From contig OZ257156.1 of the NCBI GenBank assembly GCA_965279375.1, forward strand, positions 5,024,001 to 5,088,000: a stretch of DNA of 64,000 bases. Direction: 5' to 3'. Shown in pieces: positions 39,675-49,314 of the stretch. The notes under the pieces were generated by a model. It was not told where the DNA came from. It ran no database searches and saw only the letters and a program-made list of their open reading frames with translations. Both the position numbers and the translations under genes were made by a program. The stretch comes from Gemmatimonas sp. (GTDB lineage: Bacteria > Gemmatimonadota > Gemmatimonadetes > Gemmatimonadales > Gemmatimonadaceae). Each line of letters starts with the position of its first letter. Position 1 is the first letter of the stretch.

Positions 39675-42412
39675 GCGCTACCCTCGCCTTCATCTGCCTT
39701 CGGAGTGCGACGTCGCGCCTTCGGCGCCGGTGGCACCTCAGCCGCTGCCTTCTTGCGCGCAGCTGCCTTTGCAGCCTTGGCGCGCGCGACGGAATCCATC
39801 GGCGCGTCGGGTGCCGGCGTCGCTTCCGTCTTCGCTGCCTTCTTCAGCGCTTTGGTGCTGTCCTTGGCTGGTGCCTTTCGGTCGTTCTTGATCCCGTTCT
39901 TGCGCTCGCTCTTGCTCTCACTCTTCTCCGCCGCCTTGGTCGTGGGCTTGCTGGAAGACTCCACCGACTTGGCCGGCTTTGGCGCCTTCGGACTCTTGTC
40001 GTTCTTGGCACTCTTGGCGCCCTTGGTCGATTTCTTCGCCTTGGGCGCTGCAGACTTGGGTACGGCGGAAGCATCGGCCACGACGTCACCCCGCGCATCC
40101 GGTAGCAGTTCCTTCAGCACTTCCATCACGTCGACCTCGCCGGCGTTCTCGTGCTCCACCTCGTCGGCAAGCTCGGCGTCCGTGAACAGCACCACCATGC
40201 TGAGCGGCGGCAGCGCGAGCACCATCGACTGCGCGAAGCCGTGGTACGGCACGTCCTCGGTTGTCACCTGTGCCGGCACCGAGAAACCGCTGCCGCCAAA
40301 CGACTCGTCGTCGCTGTTGAGCGCATAGCGATAGGTCCCCGCACGCGGTGCGCCCATGCGATACTCGTTGCGAGGCACTGGCGTCAGATTGAGCGCTACC
40401 ACCGCGTGCTGCGCGCCATCGAATCGCGCGTACGACAGCACCGACTGTTCGCGATCGTCCACCGCAATCCAGCCAAAGCCCGACGGCTCGTGATCGCGTC
40501 GCCAGAAGCAGGAGTTCGTGTTGTAGAGCGCGCCGAGCGCCTCGAGATAGGCATCGATGCCCTGACGACGCGGATCCTGCATGAGATGCCAGTCGAGACT
40601 CGCATCGTGGTTCCACTCGCGATTGGGCGCGAGTTCCGTACCCATGAAGAAGAGCGACTTGCCCGGACGCGTGACGGAATAGCCGATCAATGCGCGAAGA
40701 TTGGCGAACCGCTGCCACGCATCGCCGGGCATCTTCTCCAGCAGCGACTTCTTGAGATGCACGACTTCATCGTGCGACAGCGGATTCATGAACCGTTCGC
40801 TGTACTCGTACATCATCGCGAACGTCAGCTTGTTGTGCGCACCCTTGCGGAAGAACGGATCGACACGGAAGTAGTCGAGCGTGTCATGCATCCACCCCAT
40901 GTTCCACTTGAAGGTGAAACCGAGTCCGCCTTCGGAGATGGGGTGCGTGACCTTGGGCCACGTCGTGCTCTCTTCGGCGATGGTGACCACACCTGGGTGC
41001 AGCGTCTGCACCGTGTGATTCAGCGTCTTGAGGAACGAGACCGCTTCCAGATTCTCGCGTCCACCATGTCGATTGCGCAGCCACTGCCCGGCTTCGCGGC
41101 CGTAGTCGAGATACAGCATCGAGGCGACCGCGTCGACACGCAGCCCGTCGATGTGGAACTCCTCGATCCAGTACAGCGCGTTCGCGAGCAGGAAGTTCCG
41201 CACTTCGTGCCGCGCGTAGTTGAAGATGTGCGTGCCCCACTCTGGATGGTCGCCCAATCGCGGGTCTTCGTGCTCGTAGCATGCGGTGCCATCGAAGCGA
41301 CGCAGCGCCCAATCGTCCTTGGGAAAGTGCGCGGGCACCCAATCGAGCAGCACGCCGATGCCCGCCTCGTGCATCGTATCGACGAACGAACGGAAATCAT
41401 CGGGTGAACCATGGCGCGACGTTGGCGCGAAGTAGCCACCCACCTGGTAGCCCCACGACCCACCGTACGGATGCTCCTGAATGGGAAGCAACTCGACGTG
41501 CGTGAAGCCCAGCCGCTTGACGTGTGCCGCGAGCCTCGGCGCGAGTTCGCCGTAGGTGAGGAGTCGGTTGTCTTCACCACGCATCCACGACGCGAGGTGC
41601 ACCTCGTACGCCAGCATCGGCTCGCGCACGGGGTCTGCGTCGGAGCGCCGCGCGAGCCACGTACCGTCGCGCCATTCGTGCTGACCGCGCTGCTGCACGA
41701 TGGACGCGTGGCCGGGTGACTGCTCCATCTTGGCGGCAAACGGATCGGTCTTGATGCGGATGCGGCCACTGAACGTGCGAATCTCGAACTTGTAGAGCAT
41801 GCCCGCGGACACACCCGGCACGAAAATCTCGAACACACCACTCGCGCCCAGCATACGCATCACATGCGCACGCCCATCCCAGCCGTTGAAGGGGCCAATC
41901 ACGGAAACACGCGTCGCATTCGGCGCCCACACAGCGAACGACGTGCCGGCCACGCCATCCATCACGCGCGGATGCGCGCCGAGCTTCTCCCACAAACGCA
42001 GGTGCCGCCCTTCGCCAAAGAGATGCAGGTCCATCTCGCCAAGCGTCGGCAGGAAACGATACGCATCGTCGTACGTTAGTTGCGTTCCGTCCGCGAGGGT
42101 GCACTCCAGCTGATACTGGAGGGGCAGCGGTCGCTCGGGAAGAAACGCCGAGAAGAGCTCACCGTACTCGCGAGTCATCTCATGTCGGGTGCCCCCTTCC
42201 AGCACCGCAAGCGCCTGCGCATGCGCGTGTCGCGCTCGCACGAGCACTCCGTTCACGCCGTCGCGCGACATGTGGTGAGCCCCGAGCACATCGTGCGGCG
42301 ATCGAGACTCGCCGCGCAGCAGTGCTGCCGCGACATCGGGCGGCAGTGACGGGAGCTGAGGTGCGGCGGACTCGGCGGTAGTGTCCGCGCTCTGGGATTC
42401 CGGAGAGGTCAT
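39671..42412 (-). CDS. glgB: 1,4-alpha-glucan branching enzyme with a long Lys/Ala/Pro-rich C-terminal tail
   Basis: FAVWAPNA, YEVH, SWGYQ, DWVPAHF, DGLRVDAVASMLY, IAEEST and LSHDEVV. Confidence 0.95.
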   Translation of the reverse strand: MTSPESQSADTTAESAAPQLPSLPPDVAAALLRGESRSPHDVLGAHHMSRDGVNGVLVRARHAHAQALAVLEGGTRHEMTREYGELFSAFLPERPLPLQYQLECTLADGTQLTYDDAYRFLPTLGEMDLHLFGEGRHLRLWEKLGAHPRVMDGVAGTSFAVWAPNATRVSVIGPFNGWDGRAHVMRMLGASGVFEIFVPGVSAGMLYKFEIRTFSGRIRIKTDPFAAKMEQSPGHASIVQQRGQHEWRDGTWLARRSDADPVREPMLAYEVHLASWMRGEDNRLLTYGELAPRLAAHVKRLGFTHVELLPIQEHPYGGSWGYQVGGYFAPTSRHGSPDDFRSFVDTMHEAGIGVLLDWVPAHFPKDDWALRRFDGTACYEHEDPRLGDHPEWGTHIFNYARHEVRNFLLANALYWIEEFHIDGLRVDAVASMLYLDYGREAGQWLRNRHGGRENLEAVSFLKTLNHTVQTLHPGVVTIAEESTTWPKVTHPISEGGLGFTFKWNMGWMHDTLDYFRVDPFFRKGAHNKLTFAMMYEYSERFMNPLSHDEVVHLKKSLLEKMPGDAWQRFANLRALIGYSVTRPGKSLFFMGTELAPNREWNHDASLDWHLMQDPRRQGIDAYLEALGALYNTNSCFWRRDHEPSGFGWIAVDDREQSVLSYARFDGAQHAVVALNLTPVPRNEYRMGAPRAGTYRYALNSDDESFGGSGFSVPAQVTTEDVPYHGFAQSMVLALPPLSMVVLFTDAELADEVEHENAGEVDVMEVLKELLPDARGDVVADASAVPKSAAPKAKKSTKGAKSAKNDKSPKAPKPAKSVESSSKPTTKAAEKSESKSERKNGIKNDRKAPAKDSTKALKKAAKTEATPAPDAPMDSVARAKAAKAAARKKAAAEVPPAPKARRRTPKADEGEGSA

Positions 42413-42460
42413 GCCAAAATGTAAGCCAAAAATGCCTCTCTGAAGAGCGTCAGCGCAGCA

Positions 42461-43321
42461 TCAGAAGAGCGACGGCTGCTCCCCGATGCTCGCGGGGTCC
42501 ACGATGCGAACGCCTAAACGCTCCTGCAGCATGCGCACCGACGCCGGACTGTGGCCGGCGAAGTGGTTGTTCACATAGCCGTACACCTCACGGACCTGCC
42601 CCTGCAGAATCGGGATCATCGCGGCCCATGCATCGAGTTCCGATGACCGATCGACCTGAAGCTGCGAGTAGTCGGTGATCGTGCGGTCGGGCCCCATCCA
42701 GCGCAGATAGCTGAAGTCCGCGGTTGGACGCTCGCACAGCTTGAGCAGCCAATCACGAGGGATCCATCGCCCGTCACTCAACGCCAATGCCACTCCACAC
42801 TCGCGCAGCATCGACAGCGTCTCCTTGCTGATCCACGCGCGCTGCCGAAACTCGATCGCGAATCGCACATCGCGTGGCAAGTCCGCGAGAAATGCACGCA
42901 ATGCATCGCGCTCCGCCGGCGCAAAGTCCGGTCCGCACTGAATCAGCACAGGCCCCAGCCTCGGCCCGAGTTCTCGTACACGATCGACGAACAGCGACAA
43001 GACATCAGTCGCATCAACGAAGCGTCGCTCGTGCGTGATCTCCTGCGGCAGCTTGAGCGAGAACGTGAATGACTCAGGCGTGCGCGAGGCCCATCCTCGC
43101 ACGGTGCTGACGGGCGGCACTGCATAGAACGTGGAGTCCACCTCCACCGTCTCGAACGCGCGTGCGAACGTGCGCAAAAAGTCGGAGGCACGCGTGCCGT
43201 CCGGATAGAAGGGCCCAACCCAGGACGCGTAGTTCCACCCCTGTGTGCCGAGACGCAGTCTCGCCAGTGCCTGCGTTGCGCGCTCCGCTGTGCTGTCCAC
43301 AGCGCTCAGTTCGTCGCTCAT
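42461..43321 (-). CDS. DUF72 domain protein
   Basis: GTQGWNY, VEVDSTFY, FSLKLPQEITH, AIEFR, YLRWMG and YVNNH; ends QPSLF. Confidence 0.9.
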   Translation of the reverse strand: MSDELSAVDSTAERATQALARLRLGTQGWNYASWVGPFYPDGTRASDFLRTFARAFETVEVDSTFYAVPPVSTVRGWASRTPESFTFSLKLPQEITHERRFVDATDVLSLFVDRVRELGPRLGPVLIQCGPDFAPAERDALRAFLADLPRDVRFAIEFRQRAWISKETLSMLRECGVALALSDGRWIPRDWLLKLCERPTADFSYLRWMGPDRTITDYSQLQVDRSSELDAWAAMIPILQGQVREVYGYVNNHFAGHSPASVRMLQERLGVRIVDPASIGEQPSLF

Positions 43322-43529
43322 GTCACGAATCGTACCGCGTTGGATCACGAATCGACAGCGCGGCACCTCGCGTGGGCGGCCGTGCGGCGTCGCGGCAGCG
43401 GACAGACACCACGCTCCGCCGACTGTCCCGACGCTAAGACGTCCGATCCCGCAGCTGACACCGCGCAAATGACCCGGCGTATCCAAGAGAGTGAAGCAGG
43501 ACGCTGTTCACTTCTCTGGAGACACGACC

Positions 43530-44045
43530 ATGATCACGATTGCCATCGCCGCCTTGGTTTCCGCCGCACAGATCACGCCGATCGCGCTCCCCGACCGCGA
43601 AGTACGCGTAGCCAGCTCCTCGTCCGCCGTCCGGGTGTCAGCGCCCGACGATGCCGTCACCGCCGCCGATCATCTGCAGTCTGCGCGTCGCGCGCTGACG
43701 CAGGGCGACTTCGACGTCGCCCGCCGTGAGTTCGTCATCGCCGCCGCGCTCGATCGCGACGAGGGCAAGCTCCCCGTCGATGCAACGTTCGGGCTCGTCA
43801 ACGTACTCTACGCGCGCTCCCAGATCCGTGAAGCGGCCGCGGTGATGGACCGTCTCGCCACGGAAGCCTCTGAGCGTGGCGACGCCGACACCGAAGCCCG
43901 CGCCTTGATGGACGCAATCTGGCTCAACATCGACGCTGGCCAGCGCGTGCAGGCTCGTATCGACGGCGTACGTCTTCAGCAGCTGATGAAGGACAAGTCG
44001 CTCTCCAAGGAGACGCTGAAGCTGGTGAAGGAACGCTATCGCTAG
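43530..44045 (+). CDS. Hypothetical secreted helical (TPR-like) protein
   Basis: GGAGA Shine-Dalgarno, hydrophobic N-terminus, Ala-rich amphipathic helices. Confidence 0.65.
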   Translation: MITIAIAALVSAAQITPIALPDREVRVASSSSAVRVSAPDDAVTAADHLQSARRALTQGDFDVARREFVIAAALDRDEGKLPVDATFGLVNVLYARSQIREAAAVMDRLATEASERGDADTEARALMDAIWLNIDAGQRVQARIDGVRLQQLMKDKSLSKETLKLVKERYR

Positions 44046-44081
44046 TCAGTCGCCGTAGCGCTGCTCCGCACGAAGCACGCG

Positions 44082-45626
44082 TCAGCGATACGTCTCGAAG
44101 AACCCGCGTCCGCGGCCACGCAACACGGTGCCGCGGACGCGGCCGGCGATCTCCGCCTCCCCCGCCATCTGCACGAACCACGGTCGCTGAAGCGCGCGCG
44201 GTTCCGTTCCATCGCCTCGCTCCGCACGGCCAACTCTCGTGTCGCTTGCCACGGCATCGTCCATCGTCAGCGTGAGCCGCAGCGTGTCCGCGCCACGCAC
44301 GTCAGTCAACACGGCACGCGACGGCACGCGCAACGGACCATCCGACGTCGCGATCGTCCGCCCATCCTCGTAGCTGATCGCCTTGGGGCGAAAGAGCGCC
44401 AGGAAGCCGCTGCTATCGGTCACGTACACGAACAACGGTGACGTTCCCCCAGAGGAGTCTTCCGGCGCCACGCGTCCGTACAGCAGCGTGTATGCACCCG
44501 CGCGCGTCGCACCCCACTCCCACGTCACGCCGCGCCATCCACCCCAGTTGTGATCGTGATACGCCTGCGCATCGGCGTACCGATCGCATCGGGCAGCCAC
44601 ACAAATCGAGCCCGTCGCTGCCGCGCGCAGACCAGGCACCGCATAGCCCGACGCAAAGTCGCCGCTCACGAGCGTGGCACCCGGAAAGTCGACACGCGCG
44701 GCAGGCGTAACGACGAGATCGAGCGCGAGTGGTGTTCCCGAACCCTCTTCGCGTACCGCCGCGTGTACGGCATAGCGTCCGTCCGGCATGACGCGCACGG
44801 TGCCGTCGCCAATCGTCAGATCGGCATCGCGTGTCGAGAAGCGAACGCTCGCGCGCGGAATCGTCGCACTGAATCGACGCGGAGCGCGCCCACGCTCGTG
44901 CAACGTGACCAGCATCTGCCCGCCCCAGTCGCTCCCGGTGACGTCGCCACCGACGATGAACGAGATGAACGCCCATCGCGTAGCATCGGGCGAGATAACG
45001 TTGAAGTAGTGCCATTCGCCCCATGTCTCTCGATGCGCGAGGCCACTGGGCGGCAGATGAAAGTGATCGATGTCGTGACGCCATTCGGCGAGCGTCGGCG
45101 TCGTCCACCGGCGATCGCCGTCATCGTCCTCCCATGCACCCTTGGCGATCTCGGGGAGCGCGCCGAGTGCGCGCGTCGCGGAGGGGATCTCACCACTCGC
45201 GCGCACCGGGTGCTGCACACCGTCGGACGTGGTGATGTAGAGCAACTTGCCCTCGATCTGCGGTGCCACCGTCGCGACTACATCCGACAGGCGCGGCGCG
45301 GACAACACCTGCCGATGCACGAACCGTGCGTTGGGTACGGAGAAGAACAGGCCGCCCAAGCCGCCGGTGGTGAGCACTTCGATGTCGATGCCTTCGGGCA
45401 GTACGGTGACTTCGCCGCCCCCGACCAGCCGCTCCTGACTTGCCTGCGAGACCATCGCTTCGCCGACGGCCAGCAACACGATCATGACGCCAACTCCGAT
45501 ACCGAAGCCGCCACACAACAGTGCCGACCGCCACGGGCGATACGATACGCTGCGCCACGCCAGCAGCCGCGCCAGTACCAGTCGCGACGCGCCGATCGAT
45601 CCGCTGCTCACCGAAGTGCTACTCAC
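44082..45626 (-). CDS. Fusion of a MacB/FtsX-type permease N-terminal half (TM1 plus part of the periplasmic domain) to an AttH/CrtC lipocalin-like domain
   Basis: LAWRSVSYRPWRSALL..GFGIGVGVMIVLLAVGE; then WGEWHYFN, AYHDHNWG, WEWG and C-terminal GRGFFE. Confidence 0.75.
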   Translation of the reverse strand: MSSTSVSSGSIGASRLVLARLLAWRSVSYRPWRSALLCGGFGIGVGVMIVLLAVGEAMVSQASQERLVGGGEVTVLPEGIDIEVLTTGGLGGLFFSVPNARFVHRQVLSAPRLSDVVATVAPQIEGKLLYITTSDGVQHPVRASGEIPSATRALGALPEIAKGAWEDDDGDRRWTTPTLAEWRHDIDHFHLPPSGLAHRETWGEWHYFNVISPDATRWAFISFIVGGDVTGSDWGGQMLVTLHERGRAPRRFSATIPRASVRFSTRDADLTIGDGTVRVMPDGRYAVHAAVREEGSGTPLALDLVVTPAARVDFPGATLVSGDFASGYAVPGLRAAATGSICVAARCDRYADAQAYHDHNWGGWRGVTWEWGATRAGAYTLLYGRVAPEDSSGGTSPLFVYVTDSSGFLALFRPKAISYEDGRTIATSDGPLRVPSRAVLTDVRGADTLRLTLTMDDAVASDTRVGRAERGDGTEPRALQRPWFVQMAGEAEIAGRVRGTVLRGRGRGFFETYR

Positions 45627-45633
45627 GTGGCGC

Positions 45634-46344
45634 TCACGGTGCCGTCGCGGTCTCGCTGTTGCGCACGTCCGTCTCAACCCGGCCGTCCTTGAGCCGCACG
45701 ACACGCTTGGCTGCGCGTGCCACCACAGCGTCGTGCGTGACGAACACGAGCGTCGTGCCATCGCGATTCAACTGCCCGAACAGCTCCAGCAATCGCGCAC
45801 CCGTCTCGGCGTCCAGCTCACCCGTGGGCTCGTCTGCCAGCAGCAGCGATGGTTCATTGGCCAGCGCGCGTGCAATCGCCACACGCTGCTGTTCGCCGCC
45901 CGAGAGCTGCGTGGGTCGATGCCCCGCACGATCCCCTAACCCGACGTAGCCGAGCAGCTCGCGCGCCCGTGCACGTCGCACGCTGCGATCCACGCCCGCT
46001 TCGGACATCGGTAGCTCGACGTTCTCCGCCGCCGACAGCGTCGGCATGAGGTAGAAGCGCTGGAACACGAAGCCGATGTGTCGCAGGCGAAAGTCGGTGG
46101 CTTCCTTGTCAGAAAGCGCCGACGTGTTGCGCCCATCGATGGTGACGGTGCCACTGCTTGGAACATCCACGGCACCAAGCAAATGCAGGAGCGTGCTCTT
46201 GCCGCAGCCAGACGGGCCGGTGATCGCGGTAAAGTCTCCGCGTGCGATTTCGAGTGACACACCGCGCACGGCGGTGACGGTGGCATCGCCCATCCGATAG
46301 GCGCGTACCACATTGTCGCATCGCAGTACGATCGAATCAGTCAT
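45634..46344 (-). CDS. ABC transporter ATP-binding protein (LolD/MacB-type)
   Basis: GPSGCGKST, IGFVFQ, LSGGEQQR, LLADEPTG and VTHD. Confidence 0.95.
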   Translation of the reverse strand: MTDSIVLRCDNVVRAYRMGDATVTAVRGVSLEIARGDFTAITGPSGCGKSTLLHLLGAVDVPSSGTVTIDGRNTSALSDKEATDFRLRHIGFVFQRFYLMPTLSAAENVELPMSEAGVDRSVRRARARELLGYVGLGDRAGHRPTQLSGGEQQRVAIARALANEPSLLLADEPTGELDAETGARLLELFGQLNRDGTTLVFVTHDAVVARAAKRVVRLKDGRVETDVRNSETATAP

Positions 46345-46368
46345 GCGTAGGTCCTGCAACGGTTCTCT

Positions 46369-47571
46369 TCATCCGATAGCCTCTTCGCGCAGTGCCGCAG
46401 CGACAGGGGTAGACGACGCGCGCCACGCGGGGAGCAATCCGGCGCAGGTACCCGACACCAGCAGCAGCGCGAGCGACCGCCACGCGGCGCCCGGACTCCA
46501 CACGAAGAAGTCGAACGACGCAGGCAACCCCGGGAAGTCGCGCAAAATGGTGTTGAGCCAGCGCGCGGTGACCACGCCCAACAGCAGGCCGCCTGCAATG
46601 CCTGCCCCGCTCAGCATCAGCCCTTCCAGCAGTACCTGCTGCAACACACCCAGCTTTTGCGTGCCGATCGCGCGCAAAACGGCGATCTCGCCGCGACGTT
46701 CGTTCACCGAGAGCGTGACCAGCGTACTTACCAGCAGGAATCCGATGCCGAGGCTGATCGCGCCCAGCACGAAGGCGAGCTGACGAAAGTATGACAGCCG
46801 CTCCTCCACCTGACGGATTGCCGTATCCGTGGAGATGGCGGTGATGCGCGGCTGCGTGGTCGCAATCCACTCCCGCACCTGCTCCACGTGCACCGAATCG
46901 CCGAGACGCGATTCGGCCATCGCCATCGACATGCGATCGCGAAAGGACTCGCCAAGCATCGCGCGCAGTACCGGCAGCGAGACCGCGATCACGGGCGTCT
47001 CGTTCGGGATGTAGAAGAAGCGTCCTTCACCCACGAGCACCGCACGTCGCGTTCGCGCGGCCGTCCTCAGCTGCGCATCGACACCGGCTGCGATGGTGAT
47101 GGTGTCTGCCAACCGATGTCCCGTGCGCTGCAGAAAGGTCTTGCTCACCACGGCGTAGACGATGCCGCCGTCACCAGGACGCATGTCCGCACCACGTTCC
47201 ACCGTGTAGTCACCCTGCACGGCGGGCTCCAATCCCAACGCGAACGCACTCGGCACTCGGCTCTCCGGCAGCGCGAGTGTTGCGCCAAGAATGGGGCTGA
47301 CCGCCTTGATGTCCGGCGATGCACGCAGCGACGCGACAATCGCGCCGGCACCGTCGATTGTGGCTTCACTGTCGAACGGCAACGTACCCTTGGGCGCGAT
47401 GCGCAACTGATAGCCGCGCGTGAGCAACAGCGAACGAAACGACTCGCTCATGCCGGTGGCCAGCATCACCATGTCGAGCAGCAACGCGGCCGCGACGGCA
47501 ATGCCGAGCACCGCGAGCAGCGTGCGTGCGGGATGCCGACGCAGCGTGGCAAAGGCGAGCGTGAGTCGCAT
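46369..47571 (-). CDS. ABC transporter permease, FtsX/MacB-type (complete, 4 TM)
   Basis: RHPARTLLAVLGIAV; SVNERRGEIAVLRAIG; PAWRAS...ALRE. Confidence 0.9.
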   Translation of the reverse strand: MRLTLAFATLRRHPARTLLAVLGIAVAAALLLDMVMLATGMSESFRSLLLTRGYQLRIAPKGTLPFDSEATIDGAGAIVASLRASPDIKAVSPILGATLALPESRVPSAFALGLEPAVQGDYTVERGADMRPGDGGIVYAVVSKTFLQRTGHRLADTITIAAGVDAQLRTAARTRRAVLVGEGRFFYIPNETPVIAVSLPVLRAMLGESFRDRMSMAMAESRLGDSVHVEQVREWIATTQPRITAISTDTAIRQVEERLSYFRQLAFVLGAISLGIGFLLVSTLVTLSVNERRGEIAVLRAIGTQKLGVLQQVLLEGLMLSGAGIAGGLLLGVVTARWLNTILRDFPGLPASFDFFVWSPGAAWRSLALLLVSGTCAGLLPAWRASSTPVAAALREEAIG

Positions 47572-47574
47572 GCG

Positions 47575-48525
47575 CTATCGCCCTATCAGTGCAAGCGGTG
47601 GCGTGCGGACGAGACGCCACGCAGCCAATGCACCGGCCGCGATGCCCAGCACCAGCGAGAGTCCCGTCGCGAACGCGAGGATCTGCGGCGTGATCAGCGC
47701 AAAGGTGAGCGGCGTCCGATAGACCGCCTGGTAGTGCGAGTTCACCAACAGCGAGCACACCCACCCAATCACCGCGCCCATCGCGCTGCCGATCAGCGAC
47801 ACGATCGCCGCCTCGATCACGACCGAGCGAATGACGGTGGATTGCGAGACACCCATCAGGCGCAGTGCTGCGATGTCGCGACGCCGCTCTTCGACCGTGA
47901 GCAGTAGGAGGCAGAGCAGGAAGACAGCGCTCGCCACGACGGTAATGATGCCAATCGCGCGGTGAAACCGCTCCACCACTCGAAAGGTGCGCGAGCTACC
48001 GACGGCGACATCACGCGAACGATGTGCGCGGAATCCGAACGCCACGTGATTGATACGCGCCACCGCCGAATCGGACGAAGCGCCCGGCTTGAGTCCGACG
48101 GCAAAACGGTCCACGCGATCGTCGATCGCGAGCAGTTGCTGCAGCTGATCGAGATGCAAACGCACGCGAAACTCCTGGCGTGCGACTTCCGACGGATCGG
48201 CGCGGCGCGTCACGATGGCGGCCACGGCAACCGTATCGCCCGGCAGTCCAGGCACCGCACTCACGCGCACGCGATCGCCCACCGCGAGTCCATAGTCGCT
48301 GGCCATGCGGGCATCGATAGCGATACCTCGCACTGCCGGAGGCACCCGTCCGAACGTGGGAGAGGGCGGCCCCTGCGCTGACGCGAGACTCACAGGCACC
48401 GCGAGCATCAACAACAGCGCGCGCGTTGCACGTTGCGAACGCAGAAGCTGAAAGACAGAACGGATCACGGAGGAGCAAACGATCGGAAGTGCGCGCGCGT
48501 TCCGAAAGAACCGCGATGCCACCAC
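47575..48525 (-). CDS. FtsX-type permease C-terminal half (TM2-4) with a signal peptide in place of TM1
   Basis: LLLMLAVPVSLASA-Q; GLAVGDRVRV; VEERRRDIAALRLMG; AAWRLVRTPPL; start uncertain. Confidence 0.82.
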   Translation of the reverse strand: MVASRFFRNARALPIVCSSVIRSVFQLLRSQRATRALLLMLAVPVSLASAQGPPSPTFGRVPPAVRGIAIDARMASDYGLAVGDRVRVSAVPGLPGDTVAVAAIVTRRADPSEVARQEFRVRLHLDQLQQLLAIDDRVDRFAVGLKPGASSDSAVARINHVAFGFRAHRSRDVAVGSSRTFRVVERFHRAIGIITVVASAVFLLCLLLLTVEERRRDIAALRLMGVSQSTVIRSVVIEAAIVSLIGSAMGAVIGWVCSLLVNSHYQAVYRTPLTFALITPQILAFATGLSLVLGIAAGALAAWRLVRTPPLALIGR

Positions 48526-48530
48526 GGCGT

Positions 48531-49304
48531 TCAGCGCGACTCCGTCTTTCCCTTGCGTGCGCGCGCCGACGCCTTCGGCTCCTGAGCGACGGGCAGATGG
48601 ATTTGCTCCGCCAGAACCGGCTCCACCAACACCTGCTCGGCCAGCGACGTACCCACCATCGGTTCAGCATCACCGACGCGGAGCGTCAGCGGACCATCGA
48701 ACGGCGCGCGCGCGACAAGCGTGACCGCCGCGCCGGGCTGGAGCGCGATCTCTGCGAGATAGCGGAGCAGTTGCGGATTCTTGTCGCTCACTTGCACCAT
48801 CCTCGCGTGGTCGCCCACGGCGAGGTCCGCGAGTCTGATGTACGGCCGCTGCTCGACAGTGCCCTCAACGGTGGGAATCGGCGCACCGTGCGGATCGGAG
48901 GTGGGATGGCCGAGCGCGGCGGCCATCCGCTCGATCAGTTCATCCGATGCAGCGTGCTCGAGTCGTTCCGCCTCCACATGCACGCTGTCCCACGCAAAGC
49001 CGAGCACGCGCGTGAGGTAGCTCTCGAGAATGCGGTGCCGTCGAATGGTGCGCAGTGCGGCGCGGCGCCCTACATCCGTGAGCTGCACACCCTTGTAGCG
49101 CACGTGCGTGAGATAGCCCTGACTCGCCAGACGACGGATCATCCCGGTGACCGACGCGGGGGCAACGTCGAGCGCGAGGGCGACGTCGCTCGTGGAAGCC
49201 GCACCATCGCGGCGCTCCAGTTCGTAGATCGCCTTCAGATAGTCTTCGACCGGCTCGGTCAGCGCAGGAGGCGACGCAGACTCCGCGCGCGCGTTGGGGG
49301 GCAT
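48531..49304 (-). CDS. mntR: DtxR/MntR family metal-dependent regulator with FeoA domain
   Basis: EDYLKAIY, SVTGMIRRL, RRHRILE, EAERLEH and DPHGAPIP. Confidence 0.9.
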   Translation of the reverse strand: MPPNARAESASPPALTEPVEDYLKAIYELERRDGAASTSDVALALDVAPASVTGMIRRLASQGYLTHVRYKGVQLTDVGRRAALRTIRRHRILESYLTRVLGFAWDSVHVEAERLEHAASDELIERMAAALGHPTSDPHGAPIPTVEGTVEQRPYIRLADLAVGDHARMVQVSDKNPQLLRYLAEIALQPGAAVTLVARAPFDGPLTLRVGDAEPMVGTSLAEQVLVEPVLAEQIHLPVAQEPKASARARKGKTESR

Positions 49305-49314
49305 GCCGCGAAAG

